The notes under the pieces were generated by a model that made no database searches, was not told the origin of the DNA, and saw only the letters and a program-made list of their open reading frames with translations. From Hydrolagus colliei (lineage: Eukaryota), in assembly GCA_035084275.1 (NCBI GenBank), contig CM068779.1, forward strand, positions 1,550,001-1,614,000: a stretch of DNA of 64,000 bases, in the 5' to 3' direction. Both the position numbers and the translations under genes were made by a program. Below, in pieces: positions 1-12,350 of this stretch. The first letter of the stretch is position 1. Every line of letters starts with the position of its first letter.

Positions 1-260
1 CTGTCGGCCTGTTCAGGTAGATACTAAACAACTCCTGATAAAGAGAAGTGAATTTCTCCTAGTGTCCTGGCCAACAAGCCCCCAAATCAAATCGGTTATT
101 AATTTCATGGCTGTTTGGGGCACATTGCTGTATGTGATTGTGCTGCTGTGTTTGCCTCCAGATACACAATCTCTCCACTTCGTAGGAATGTGATGTACTT
201 TGAGCTGGCCTTCCAGTGTGATAAGGCGCTACACCAAAGGCAAGGATTATTATTATTATT
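1..260 (+). mobile_element. 3' part of DeuSINE (SacSINE1/AmnSINE1-like) SINE
   Basis: Degenerate Deu-type core gctgtttgggg..ttgctgt..tgctgctgtgtttgcc and tail gataaggcgctacaccaaaggcaaggattatt; full copy with tRNA-like head at ~45790-46210. Confidence 0.6.
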
Positions 261-1600
261 TAATTACAGTTTAAATTGTTATCTAGAGGTAAGTTCTGAA
301 TGATGGTCAGCCAGACCAATAATACAGCCATTAATCTTACTTTTCTCAGTATGTTTAAGCATTCTTTTGTAGGAGGCTAATATTTTGTTCCCTGGGTACT
401 TCGTCAAGCTATTTGTGAATATTCCAATTAATATTCCCAGTTGCACTGAAGATTATAGGAACTATGTTTGTTTTACATTGTCACAAATGTCTGCAATCAA
501 ATTGTAGATTGATATATTTCCTGATTTTCTTTTTTTTTCACGCAATGAGTTGTTCGAATCTGGAATGCATTGCCTGAAAGAGTGGTGGAGGTTGATTGGA
601 TAACTTTAAGAGAGTGGTTATCTGGGGAGGATAAGTTTGCGGGCTTATGCGGAGAGAGCCGGGGAGTGGGATTGACTTTGAATAGCCACATTATTCTACA
701 TACATAATACATAATAACAACAACTTGGATGTATATAGCGCCCTGCACCCCGAAAGGAATCTCAGAGCGCTTCCCAATAACGGAGCCCGGGGCCGAGCCA
801 GTGAGAGGGGGAAGTCAGTGACCAAAAGCTTGATCGATAAGAAAGGTGTTTATCCAAGACCTGAGGTAGGAAGAGAGGGGGCAAGATGAAGGAAGTGAAG
901 AAGGGAGTTCCAGAGCCTCGGGGCGTAGTGGCTGAAGGCATGGCAACCGATGGTAGTGCGGAGGATTCGGGGGACAAGGAGGCGGCCAGATCAGGTGGAG
1001 CGAATGTAATGGGTGCTGTTGTGAGGAGAGAGGAGGTCAGAGATGTAAGTGTAGCAGAGTGGAGGGATTTAAATACAAGTGTGATGCCTCGGTTCCATAC
1101 GGGTTCGGGTAGGTGGAGGAGTTGGGAACCATTTGACTGAAGATGTTGATGAGAACCAAAGAGTATGGCTTCTGTCATATCAACATTTAGCGAAAGGAAA
1201 TTTGCGCTCATCCAGCCCATGATGGCTGACACAACATCAGGGGACTAGGGGGTCGCAAAGTGAGGTGGAAAAATTTAGTTGGGTGTCATCCGCATACACG
1301 TAGAAGTATTCCTGTGTCTGTGGATGACATCCCCAAGAGGGAGCATATAAATTAGGAAGAGGAGAGGGCCAAGGATCCTTGGGGTACCTGACAGGTAACT
1401 GGGTGAGAGCGGAAGGAAAGGCCGTTTGTGTTGGCGGTTTGTGAGGTAGGACTCAAGCCAGACTCAAACCAGGCGAGTGCGGTCCCACTGATAATACTAC
1501 ATTATTATATATAGTTATACGTATTGGCACTAGTGTTTGTGCCTATGCTGCTTAATCCCATACACTCTATTCTGAAAGTAATTTGAAAGCTTTTGAAAGT

Positions 1601-4288
1601 GGCAATTTTAGTTAAGGACTCAGTGACTGCCTTAGAAAGGAACGAGGTGGAAGAAGGACTAAAAACCGAATCTATCTGGTTAGAAATGAGGAATAAAAAA
1701 GGTGCAGTTACACTGTTAGGGGTATACTATAGACCACCAAATAGTGGGGAGGAGATAGACAAGCAGATCTGCAAGCGTATCACGGAGAAATGCAGAACTA
1801 ATAGAGTAGTGATAATGGGTGACTTCAACTATCCCAACATAGACTGGCAGAATAGTAGAGTAAAGGGCAAGGAGGGAGAAGAATTCCTGAAGTGTGTGCA
1901 GGACAACTTTCTTGATCAGTATGTTTCCAGTCCAACGAGGAAAGAAGCATTGCTGGATCTAGTTTTGGGAAATGAGGTAGGGCAAGTTCAACAGGTTTCT
2001 GTAGGTGAGCATCTAGGGAATAGTGACCACAATATCGTTAGATTCAGAATAATTATGGAAAGGGATAAGGAACGATCACAGGTGAGGACACTCAACTGGA
2101 AAAGGGCTAATTTCAATGAGTTGAGGTGGGACCTAGCCAAGGTGGATTGGAAAGAAAAATTGGCAGGTAAGACAACTATCGAGCAGTGGGCAGCGTTCAA
2201 AGAGGAGATAGTTCAGGCACAGGTCAAAAGCATCCCCACAAAGGTGAAATGTAAGGCATCCAAACCTCCCTGGATGACTAAGGAAATTGGGGCCAAAATA
2301 AAACAAAAAAAAGAGGCTTATGATAAGTGTCAGGCTCAAAATTCAGAAGGGAACAAAGCAGAATATAGGAAGTGTAGGATAGAACTAAAAAAGGAAGTTA
2401 GAGGGGCAAAGAGACTGCATGAAAAACAATTAGCGAGTAAGATTAAGGGGAACCCTAAGGTTTTTTACCAACATATTAAGAGTAAAAGGTTGGTCAAGGA
2501 TAGGGTGGGGCCAATTAGGGACCTCGGAGGAAATCTCATTGTGGAGGCAGAGGGCATGGCTGATGTACTGAATGAGTACTTCGCCTCTGTCTTCACAAAA
2601 GAAAATGATACAGCCAATGCCATGGTATTAGAGGAGAGGGTAGGAGAAATGGATAGAATAATTATAACCAGAGAGGAAGTGCTAAAAAGGTTGACGTCGC
2701 TCAAGGTGGATAAGTCACCTGGTCCGGATGGGATGCACCCTAGGTTACTAAGTGAGGCACGGGAGCAAATAGCAGGGACTCTGGCCACGATCTTTCAATC
2801 TTCCTTGGACACAGGGGTCGTGCCAGAGGACTGGAGGATAGCTAATGTTACTCCCTTGTATAAAAAGGGGCAGAAGGACAAGCCTGGTAACTACAGACCA
2901 GTCAGTCTAACGTCGGTAGTTGGCAAACTTCTAGAGTCCATAAATCAGGGACAAGGTAGATCTTCACTTAGAAAGATATAGGCTAATAAAGGACAGTCAA
3001 CATGGATTTGTTAAAGGCAAATCTTGCCTTACAAATCTGATAGAATTTTTTGATGAGGTAACGGAATGGGTGGATAATGGTAGCGCAGTTGATGTAGTTT
3101 ACATGGACTTTCAAAAGGCATTTGACAAAGTGCCACATGAGAGACTTATTATAAAATTAAAGGCCCATGGCATAAAAGGGACAGTGGCAGCGTGGATCCA
3201 CAACTGGCTGCGAGACAGAAAGCAGAGAGTTGTAGTGAGCGGCTGTTTTTCAGATTGGAGGGAAGTGAGCAGTGGTGTGCCACAGGGATCAGTTTTGGGA
3301 CCATTGCTGTTTGTAATCTACATCAATGATCTGGACTTGGGTGTACGGAGTACAGTTTCCAAGTTTGCAGATGACACTAAGTTAGGGAGAATAGTAAACA
3401 GTGAGGAGGATAGTAGCCATCTGCAAGAGGATATAGACAAATTGGTAAAGTGGGCAGACACATGGCAGATGAAGTTTAACGCAGAGAAGTGTGAGGTGAT
3501 GCATTTTGGGAGAAGAAATGAAGGGAGGCAATATAGGCTAGATAGTACAATTTTAAATGGTGTAAAGGAACAGAGAGACCTGGGGATTTGTGTTAGTGAC
3601 TCGTTGAAGGTGGCAGGACAGGTAGACAAGGCTGTTAAGAAGGCATATGGGATACTAGGCTTTATAAATAGGGGTATAGAGTACAAAAGTCAGGAAGTGC
3701 TGACTAACCTCTATAGGACTTTGGTGAGGCCTCAGCTGGAATACTGTGTTCAATTCTGGTCACCACACTACAGAAAGGATGTGAAGGCATTGGAAAGGGT
3801 ACAACGAAGATTTACTAGGATGGTGCCAGGATTGAGGGACTTCAGCTATGAGGAGAGGCTAGATAGGCTAGGGTTATTCTCTCTGGAGCAGAGAAGATTG
3901 AGGGGAGACCTAATAGAGGTTTATAAGATCATGAGGGGTTTCGACAGGGCAAATAGAGAAAAACTATTTCCACTCGTGGGTGAATCTGTGACTCGTGGTC
4001 ACAGATTTAAAATAGTTTCAAGGCGAAGTAGAGGGGAGCTGAGGAGAAATTTTTTCACTCAGCGAGTTGTTGGAATCTGGAATGCATTGCCTGAAAAGGT
4101 GGTGGAGGCTGATTCGATAACAACTTTTAAAAGGGAATTAGATCTTTATTTAGGGAGAACGGGTCTATTAGGCTATGGGGAGCGGGCAGGGCAGTGGGAT
4201 TGAATCGCTCTTTTCAAAGAGCCGGCACAGACTAGATGGGCCGAATGGCCTCCTTTTGTGCCGTAAAATTCTATGATTCTATGATTCT
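1601..4288 (+). mobile_element. 5'-truncated CR1-clade LINE (APE endonuclease + RT), one 1-bp frameshift near 2942
   Basis: ORFs 1593-2981 (GDFNYP, SDH, PGNYRPVSL) and 3070-4203 ([14 protein letters not shown]); (attctatg)n tail; aagt duplication at 1597-1600 and 4289-4292; empty site at 51263-51266. Confidence 0.97.
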
Positions 4289-4754
4289 AAGTCTGGCATT
4301 GCTTTCCTTATTTGTCAAACCCCCCAAAAAATTTTTGAGGTCAGCCTGGCATCCAAACTCCAGCAGTTACCCTTTGGGTTCTGATGCCTTGGCGCATGCC
4401 TAATGCTCTCCGGAATTAGAAAAAGAGGATGCATCCAACCAGGAAGTGAGTGTGCATTCCATTCCAATACAGTAATTGGGAATTTTCATGTGTAATTGGT
4501 GTCATGGAACTGTCAGTCTGATTTAGATCATGGTGTACAGGGTGATGGGTTTCCGCATGTTTCAATACACCCAGCTGACCAAAAGACTTTTCATGTCAAA
4601 AGGTCTAAAAGTGTTTCACACGAGAGCAGAGCCCAGACTGCACTACTGCAAACCGTAATTAATTCCTTCTGCAAAACCTAGATTTACCATCAGCGAACAC
4701 AGAAGTGGTTCCAATGTCCTATTTAATCCTTTCAGAATACCAGCCTCAAAATAC

Positions 4755-7195
4755 CAACCAACCTCTCATCATTTCTTAAACTGTTTGCCTTCACCAAATC
4801 TTAAAGATGCTTTCCTATAACGAGCAGTAAGTATAGGATCCAAATTATTAGTTCATTGTTGGATTACTTTTTCAGGGGTAAAAATTCATTCCAAAAATAA
4901 TACTAATAATTTGATCACTCCACAGGATGAAACCATTGACAAGCTTCTCTGTCCACACACACACACATACACACACACAAACACCTCTGTCTACCCAGTA
5001 CGTAGTAAGTAGGAACCAGATTGTTGGATTGCTTTTCTGGGGGTAACAATCCATTCAAAAATAACTAATAATAATAATAATTTGGTCATTCAATCCACAG
5101 ATGTTTGTCGGACGTCTCTGTGCACAATCACCCACAAAACACATACACTTTACAGCATGTTCTATAAAGCGCTTTGAGACGTTGTGAAGACATGATAAGG
5201 CCTTTTATTATAATCTATTCTATGATCATTCCCAATTCACATCTGTTGAGATTGATTGTCATACATTAACACCAATAATGATACAGTTCACCCGAGTGTA
5301 AATTAATTTTCTTGACTTTCGTATTCTTGGTGATGATTCATGATTTGAACAAAATGATTGTAACTCAATGAGCCCAACATTAGCCCATGGTCTGGGCTGA
5401 CACACCATTGCAGTGTTGGGGAGTTTCACAATTATCAGAGTTCCTAAATATCTGGATTAAACTACAGACTGCTCTGTCTGTCCAGATGGAATTTAAAGAT
5501 CCCACAGCACTGTTTAGAAAGAGAAGGGAATTTCTCTGGTGTCCCAACCAAGAATCCCCCAAATAAAATTGGTCTCTTGATTCATGCTGTTTGCAGATGT
5601 CACTGTTTTCAAAGTGGCTGGCATATGGCGTATAAATTTCACCCACAAATATACAGTCAATTCACTTTACAATGAAGTGCTTTGAGACATCGATTAGATG
5701 TGAAAAACTCTATATCAAAATACTAGGAGTATTATTTTTAGAAATATACAGCAACCACATTTTACAATAAATCCTATGAAGCATTGTGAAATGTCTCAAT
5801 GACTTGATAAGACATTATATAAAATGCAAGGAGTATTTAGTGCATTATAAGGACAACACAGGCCAAATGGTCTCCTTCTGTGCTGTAATATTCTATGATC
5901 CAGTAATGTTCTTTGAACAGTAGAATAGAATGGACAAATAGGAAACTGCTTTTTAATAATAATGCTTGCATTTGATACAGCAGCTAATGACATTGTTGTG
6001 CCTTCTCAAAGCACACCATGGAGTAAATAGATTGGGTATTTTATAATAATCCGTCAAAAAAAACCCACAATACTATAATAAAAATTGGACATTTCAATCC
6101 ATGACTGTTTGTGGGACACGGCTGTGCGCAATTGGCTAAGGAGTTTCACCACAAATGTACAGTCAATTCACATTACAGTATATTTTGTGAAGCGCTTTAG
6201 ACGTCGATACGTTGTGAAAATGCTATATCAAATACAAGGATTCTTCTTATTTTGTGGGTGAAACACAGCAGCCAATTGCGCACAGCAGTGTCCAACACAC
6301 TTTCAAGGATTGATTTGGAGGCAATCACCAACAAGTGGGTTCCTATTTACTGCTAGGTAAACAGTGGTGTTTATGTGTAATAAGAACATTTACCTAAGGT
6401 ATCCCCTCACCCAGAAATCAAAACCATGTTCTCGAACTTGTCAAATTGCAAATAATGGTACTTATTAAAGATATGTGGCCACATGTGTCAAAAGCACTAA
6501 ATTTCACTACTATAATTAAATGCCTTTGAGAGAGAAACTAGGAAAATAACTCATACTGTACTGTATATCGATATGGCAGAAACATTATTTCTCTACTTTA
6601 AGCAGCTGAATGACATGAAATTGAACCATCAGATCATGAGCAGCTCATCCAGTTGTCTGGATATAAAACATTTTGTTTGAACATGTGAATATGAGTCTTC
6701 TCCCTAAACATGGTGACCAGGTTAGCGACAAATACCCTGGAACATGAATGGCACATAGATAGGTTATTGTTAAACAGAACTGTTACTGTACTTACCCAGC
6801 ACTGTCAGGGTGATTTTCGCTGATGCCTTTTGGTTAGTGGCTAAGGTCATGCTTACTGTGTACTCTCCAGCGTCAGTATAATTCACAGATTTTAGCTGGA
6901 GAGACCTAGTGGGGAGTAACACAGCCCGGTCTTGGTAAATCGGGTTTACACTTCCACCTCCATTTGGAAACCAGTTAAGAACAAGCGCAGTCCCGAAACT
7001 CCAGTCACCATTCGTCACCTCACCAGACGGTTTCACTGTAAGCTCAGCTGTACTCCCGACAAGGGCTGTAATGGGATTGTGTGGGACAGTGATGGTGAAC
7101 TGGGCTGTAACTGGAGGGAGAGAAGATCACATTAAGGACAGCGAGGCATCGGCTGCATACACATCTACACAGTCCGTCCTGACTCTCTCTCTCTA
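4755..7195. repeat. Direct segmental duplication of ~38755-41190
   Basis: Near-identical sequence and matching spurious ORFs (5380-5646 vs 39381-39647). Confidence 0.93.
6796..7110 (-). CDS. CEACAM-like IgV N-domain exon, type N1 (gene presumably continues left of window)
   Basis: ctccag acceptor, gtaag donor, 315 nt phase 1-1; VTAQFTITVPHNPITALVGSTAELTV...WSF...DRAVLLPTRSLQLKSVNYTDAGEYTV...ITLTVL; no canonical V disulfide. Confidence 0.88.
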
Positions 7196-7290
7196 TTGTA
7201 GGGACGTGGTCAGCAACTTCTCCCTGTCTCTATCGTTAAATCATCTTCAATAAACTCCCAACTGAGAACAGGTGAGAAAGTGAGACTCAC

Positions 7291-7342
7291 CCGCACATAC
7301 ACAGCAGCAAAGGGCAACTACCCCGAGCAGTGCTGTCTGCAT
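7291..7342 (-). CDS. Signal-peptide exon MQTALLGVVALCCCVCA
   Basis: ATG, hydrophobic 17 codons, G|gtgagt phase-1 donor, 180-nt intron to N exon. Confidence 0.88.
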
Positions 7343-7350
7343 CCTGGCCT

Positions 7351-7410
7351 CAGCCTGTGTCCTGGTCTCTGGTCACTGAGCAGCCTGTGTCCTGGTCTCT
7401 GGTCACTGAG
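7351..7410 (-). repeat. 30-bp tandem repeat in 5' UTR (2 copies)
   Basis: cagcctgtgtcctggtctctggtcactgag x2; copy number differs in paralogs. Confidence 0.95.
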
Positions 7411-7468
7411 CAGCCTGTGCTGGTTACACTCAGTCAGTCAGTAGAGTTTTCTCTTCTCCCAGCTCTGC

Positions 7469-7510
7469 ACTTATTGAGCAAATAGGAAGTAGGGAGTGGG
7501 TGGGGACTGA
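7469..7510 (-). promoter_or_regulatory. Putative shared proximal promoter (C/EBP-like TTGCTCAAT, AATAA TATA-like element, CACCC box)
   Basis: ctatttgctcaataagtg conserved upstream of 4 leader exons (7469, 25885, 53139, 55561). Confidence 0.4.
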
Positions 7511-7849
7511 CTGCAGTGTGGTTCCTGGCCAATTATATCAAATGTCTCGGGTATTTCAAGTCAGAACAGGGTTTGCACAAAGCCCAGGAGCCTGGACACT
7601 GTGACCTGTTAGACAGTAACAAGGCAGCAGTTTGGATCTTTGTGCATCTAGTTTTAAATTAGTTTCTAAAATAAATATTGACACTAATGATAATGAGAAT
7701 AATAATCTTTGTACAGTATTTTACACAGATCCTTATCATGTGGTCAACATGGCTCAAAGCTCTGGAACTCTACCCCATCTGAAGGGCGCTATACAGCATG
7801 ATAGAAAGAGGCAGTTTATACAAAGTCGGTCATGTCAGGAGAACATCTC

Positions 7850-10800
7850 AAAGTGCGTTACACGATGTTTTACTATCAAGTGTAGTGACTGTGTATTTAG
7901 CAGGTGAATGTGGCAGCTGGTTTAGACGCAGTGACATCCCACACACAGCTGTGAAGCGAACGACCAAAACCATGAGGTGAATGGCAGCTCCCTGACTGCC
8001 CAACAAAGGTCTGAATGTCATTGATCAAGACAGAAACCACAGGGTTAGAAACCCAATGTGAGTTGGTGTTTAGCTGTGAGTTCACAATGACAGGATCTCA
8101 ATGATCACATCAAGCTGTGGGTGAGTTACAGTGTAACAGCCCCACCGTCTGGCAGAGCAGCGCTATTACACAATGACAATTAGCTGCTTCAAGAGGGAAG
8201 GTTGAGCTGGGCACAAGATCACAAGGTTAGTTTGGAGACAGAAAGGCCTTTTGGTGTCTGATCTCATCCCTTCAGATATGAAGCAGGCGGAGCAGAGGGA
8301 GTGGATAGTAATGGGTTAGGAGGTTACAGAGGGTAGGGGGGAGCAAGGCCATGGAGGGCTTTCAAGGTAAACTGCAGCTCTTCCCACACTGTGATTCTTC
8401 ACTGCTGATTGCTAGTCAATACTGCAACATCTATTGGACGTTTAAATGATGTGAAAGAAGGTTTTTTTTATTATCTCAAAGCATAAGACTCACAGCAACA
8501 AGAATGACATTCGCTAACAATGTTGTATTTTATGGATCACATTTGCATCAATAACCAATGATCTGGAATATACAAAGCATAACATACTATAGATAAAGCT
8601 ACAAGATGATAGAAGGTTCAATGAGATTATACTGTATTTAGCATTATAATGTAATTTATTGCCAACGATTAGGAGGTATCAAATGAATTATGTAAGGGGC
8701 AACAGCGTCAACCTGTCTCAGTTGGTTGCACTCTCAGCTCTGAGTCACAAGGTTGTTCGTTCATCACTGCACATCAGGAAATGCTTCAAAAATTCCTTCA
8801 ATCAAACCAATAATACTGTAATTTGGTCACTTTAATCCACGACTGTTTGTGGGACACTGCTACACACAATTGGCTGCCGCGCTTCACCCACAAAATATAT
8901 TGTCAATTCACTTTATTCTGTGGACTCCTTTGAGAAGTCTTGAAGATATGATAAGGCACTACTGTATATCAAATGCAAGGACTGTTATTACTGTAACACA
9001 CATAGTCTAGGTTGACATTCTAGTGCAGTGCTGGGGTGTGCTGCTTTGTTGGAGGTGCTGTCCTTCAGATGAGCATTTGTGTTCTGTGTGTGTGATCGAA
9101 AGGTACTGTAAAGTTAATGTATATTGGTCTCTTTCCCTGAGATGTGCTGTAGGCGTTTGCTTGCAGAAGCAGTAATTAATTAAGCTGCTGGTTAATGCTG
9201 TTCAAGGAGCTATACACTGCCTTCGAATGACTGTTGAACCTTTTGATATCATTCGCCCTTTACTCAACAGACAATATGCAAATAAACTATGATAAGGTTT
9301 GGATTTTCCATTAAGTTCATGAAAGTGCAATGTGAAATGCTTCCTCAGTGACAGAGATCGAGCAATCTAAATCTCTGCTCAAAGGTTAGTATCAAACTAG
9401 AGTTTTTCTTCTTTTAAATCATGATTAACAACAACAAAATGACATTTGTAAAGCGCCTTTTACGCCAGGAGGATGTCCCCAGGCGCTGAATGGATCATCT
9501 GGATGTAATCGTAGATGCAGGGTTGGAATGAGGGAGGGCAGAAGGGCTGAAGGCTCGGTCAAACAGGAGGGTCTTGGGTCATGCCTTGAAGGAGGCCATA
9601 GAGGGAGCAAAGCCAAGGAATTGTGGGATGGAGTTACAAAGAGTAGGGGCATGGAAGCTGAAAGCCTATCTGCTGGTGATAGGGCAGGTCGGGTGGGACA
9701 CATGGAGCAGGCTGAACGGAGGCTGTTGAGAGGAGGGATTTGGGAGGTTGGCAGATTATTGCAGGTTAGCAGGTCAGAGAGTTGGGATGGGGTAAGGCCG
9801 TGGAGGGTCTTGAAAGTGAGGATGAGGATTTTGGAATTCTATCCTCTGAGAGATAGGGAGCCAGTTAAAATGTATAGATTCATACAAAAATATAAAATGT
9901 ACATATTCAAATGTATCTTGGGACAGTCTTCAGCATCAAGGCGGGATGGGCAAAGTGCTTAACACACGTCCTTTGTTTTTCCTCATGTAGTTTAAGTCCA
10001 TTCAGAGAAACTATTTCCTCTGGTGGGGAATTCAGATCAAAGGGGAGCATCATCTTATAATGAGAGCCAGGCCAATTTAAGAGTTGAAATCAAGAGCAAT
10101 TTTTCATCCAAATCACAGTGGGAATCTGGAACTTTCCATTGCCCCCAATTGGCTGTGGATTATGGCCGTGGATCCCTTCACATTGTCCAGACTGAGGTGG
10201 ATAGGTGTTTGTGAGGTCAGGGTGGCAAGGAATATGGGGCAAAGGTGAGATCATTGGAGTTGAGGTACTGATCAGCCTTAAAGAATGGCGGAACAAACTC
10301 GAGGGGCTGAATGGCCTCTTTCAGTTCTAGATCCTCACTCTTGTGTTCAAATCCATCCACTCCTCTGCACCCTGTAACCTACAGTCTACCCGCTGCCTCC
10401 ATTCTGCTGGGTCCAGCTTCCTCCTTGTCCAATCCATCATCCATCATCAGCAGCCGTGCTTTCAGCCATGACACCCTGAAACTCAGAAACTCCTTCCCTC
10501 AATCTCTTCGCCTTACCCCCTCCTTTTCCACCTTCAGGTCGCGCTTGAAGACCATTTTCTTCGACCGCAGTTACGGTCACCTTCCTCCCTCCCCTTGTTC
10601 AGCCTCGTGCTCTGCCATTGTGAAGTGCTCTGAGTCGCAGTCTAGTGTGGAGGGTGCTATATAAATGCAAGTTGTTGTTGTTGTTCGTACGTTCTTGTGT
10701 TCCTCCGATGAATATTTATTTACGTATAACAGCTAGACGATTTACAAAAACAGTTAATTCTTCAGCAAAAATCAGCATTTACAATGATTTCCATCTACAT

Positions 10801-11530
10801 AGCAGGAGAGCGATAGTTACGTAACTGTTAGTTATTGGACAGTTATTACACTAAAGAGAAACATACACAGCACTGGAGAAGGAACATTGAACAATATTAA
10901 ATAACTCAATGCCATTAGCCAGGTGACTATGTGTTTGTTCAGGGGGACATTAAAGATCCAAAGGAATGACTTGACAACAAGAGAATGTTAGGGTTAGGGT
11001 ATTCTAGAGTTATTCTCCCAGTTCTCTAGCCATTAATTCCCCCAATTAAAATAAAAAGGGGCTTTGTTTCCTGGCTGTGTGTGGGACATTGCCGCTGCAA
11101 TTGGGCTGCTGTGTTTACCGACAAATACACAGTCACAGTGAACTCCTGGGGTTCAGTTCTGGGGGGCGTCCTCCCCATGTGGCTACCAAACCAAGGATTA
11201 TATTATTATTATTATTTACCTGGATCAGGTACTTGTGGTAATTCCTGTTGGAAAGTGAAGAAAGATGATATTGTTATGTGTCGTTGCTTTATTGTACATC
11301 ACTGCAGACAATTGAAAGCCGTTAAATCTGCACTGACAACCCCTCCTAAAGCTAAAGTTCTAATCCTAATGTGTGATCTTCCCCCATACCCTTCACATGT
11401 ATCAGCTTCCAACACTTGTCCAGTTCACTTCCATGCACAGTTGTGGTCCTAAACATTGCTTGCTGCTCCCTACCTCTGCCACCCTCTGACCCCATATCAA
11501 CCTCTTCCACCTCTCAGCTGCTGTGGCCAG
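7850..11530. repeat. Inverted duplication of ~56620-59000 (with internal indels)
   Basis: 7850-8260 is the reverse complement of 58590-59000; 8700-8790 of 57340-57430; 11225-11530 of 56620-56925. Confidence 0.9.
11220..11244 (-). CDS. Cytoplasmic micro-exon C5 (ELPQVPDP) of the ITAM-bearing gene
   Basis: cttcactttccaacag acceptor paralogous to that of 14545-14587; ag|gtaaat donor; phase 0-1. Confidence 0.55.
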
Positions 11531-12294
11531 CTTCACGTCTCCCGCCCGGCCCACCTCAGCATCACTGGTCAGGCCTTCAGCCTCTATACCCACAGCCTTT
11601 GGAACCCCAATCCCACATTCCCTTCACCGCACTCCCTTCCATGACTCCTTCAAGGCAGGTCTCAACATCCCTCCTCTTTAACCTTTAAGCCTTTGGCCAC
11701 CTTCTCGGAGACGTCCCAAAGCGCTTATGGGGAGATATAATAAAGGTGGTCAAAATGATGAAAGGGTTTGATAGGGTGAACAGGGAGAAACTGTTTCCAC
11801 TGGTAGGTGGGTTGGTGACCAGAGGATACAGATTTATAATAGCTGCCAAAGTAACCAGAGGGGAGGTGAGGAGAAATGCTTTCACACCACGAGTTGTTCA
11901 GATCTAGAATCCACTGCCTGAAAGGCTGGTGCAAGGAGATTCTATAGCAAATTTTAAGAGAGAAATCGATAAATATTTGGGAAGGACAAGTTTGCAGGGC
12001 AATGGGGAGAGAGGGTTTAAGTTGGACAGCTCTTTCGAAGAGCCAGCAAGGACACAGTGGGCTGAACTTTCCTTTTCCACCGTGCCTTCTGTTCCCCCCC
12101 TAATTCTTCGACCTCCCCTACGTTTCTTACCCCCTACCGAACACTCTCCTCCCAGCTCGGGTCACAAGCTTCCTGTGCAGCGCCTTGGGACGTCCTCCTG
12201 ACGTGAAAGGCGCTCTATAAGTGCAATTTGTTGTTGTTGTTGAATGGCCTCCTACTGCGCTGTAGAATTGTATGATTGTAATTATTTGACTTAC

Positions 12295-12350
12295 GTTGTC
12301 CGTTCGTCTTTGCATCTCAATGCCGGGCTGATGTGGTCTGTGAACAACAT
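12295..12350 (-). CDS. Cytoplasmic exon C4 (DVVHRPHQPGIEMQRRTDN)
   Basis: ctattcttacag acceptor, gtaagt donor, 56 nt phase 1-0, matches phase of C3. Confidence 0.65.

Larger units (their letters stand above)
1..5255. repeat. Direct segmental duplication of ~45953-52220 (ignoring the copy-specific LINE insertions)
   Basis: Identical start ctgtcggcctgttcagg at 1 and 45953; 5 differences in first 300 nt by manual comparison. Confidence 0.95.

Noticed and set aside
762-1232. Many 60-200 aa ORFs across the window
   Set aside because: Antisense or off-frame readings of L2/CR1/SINE fragments; recurrence reflects the repeats.
6796-7110. Rearranging antigen-receptor V segments (Ig/TCR/NAR)
   Set aside because: No canonical V cysteine pair, no heptamer-nonamer RSS after the exons, and normal GT donors; downstream A/B domains with YGP junctions are CEACAM-type.
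7904-7976. Plus-strand exon-like segment (also inverted at ~58873-58945)
   Set aside because: Plausible splice sites, but no partner exons or homology; conservation is explained by recent duplication.
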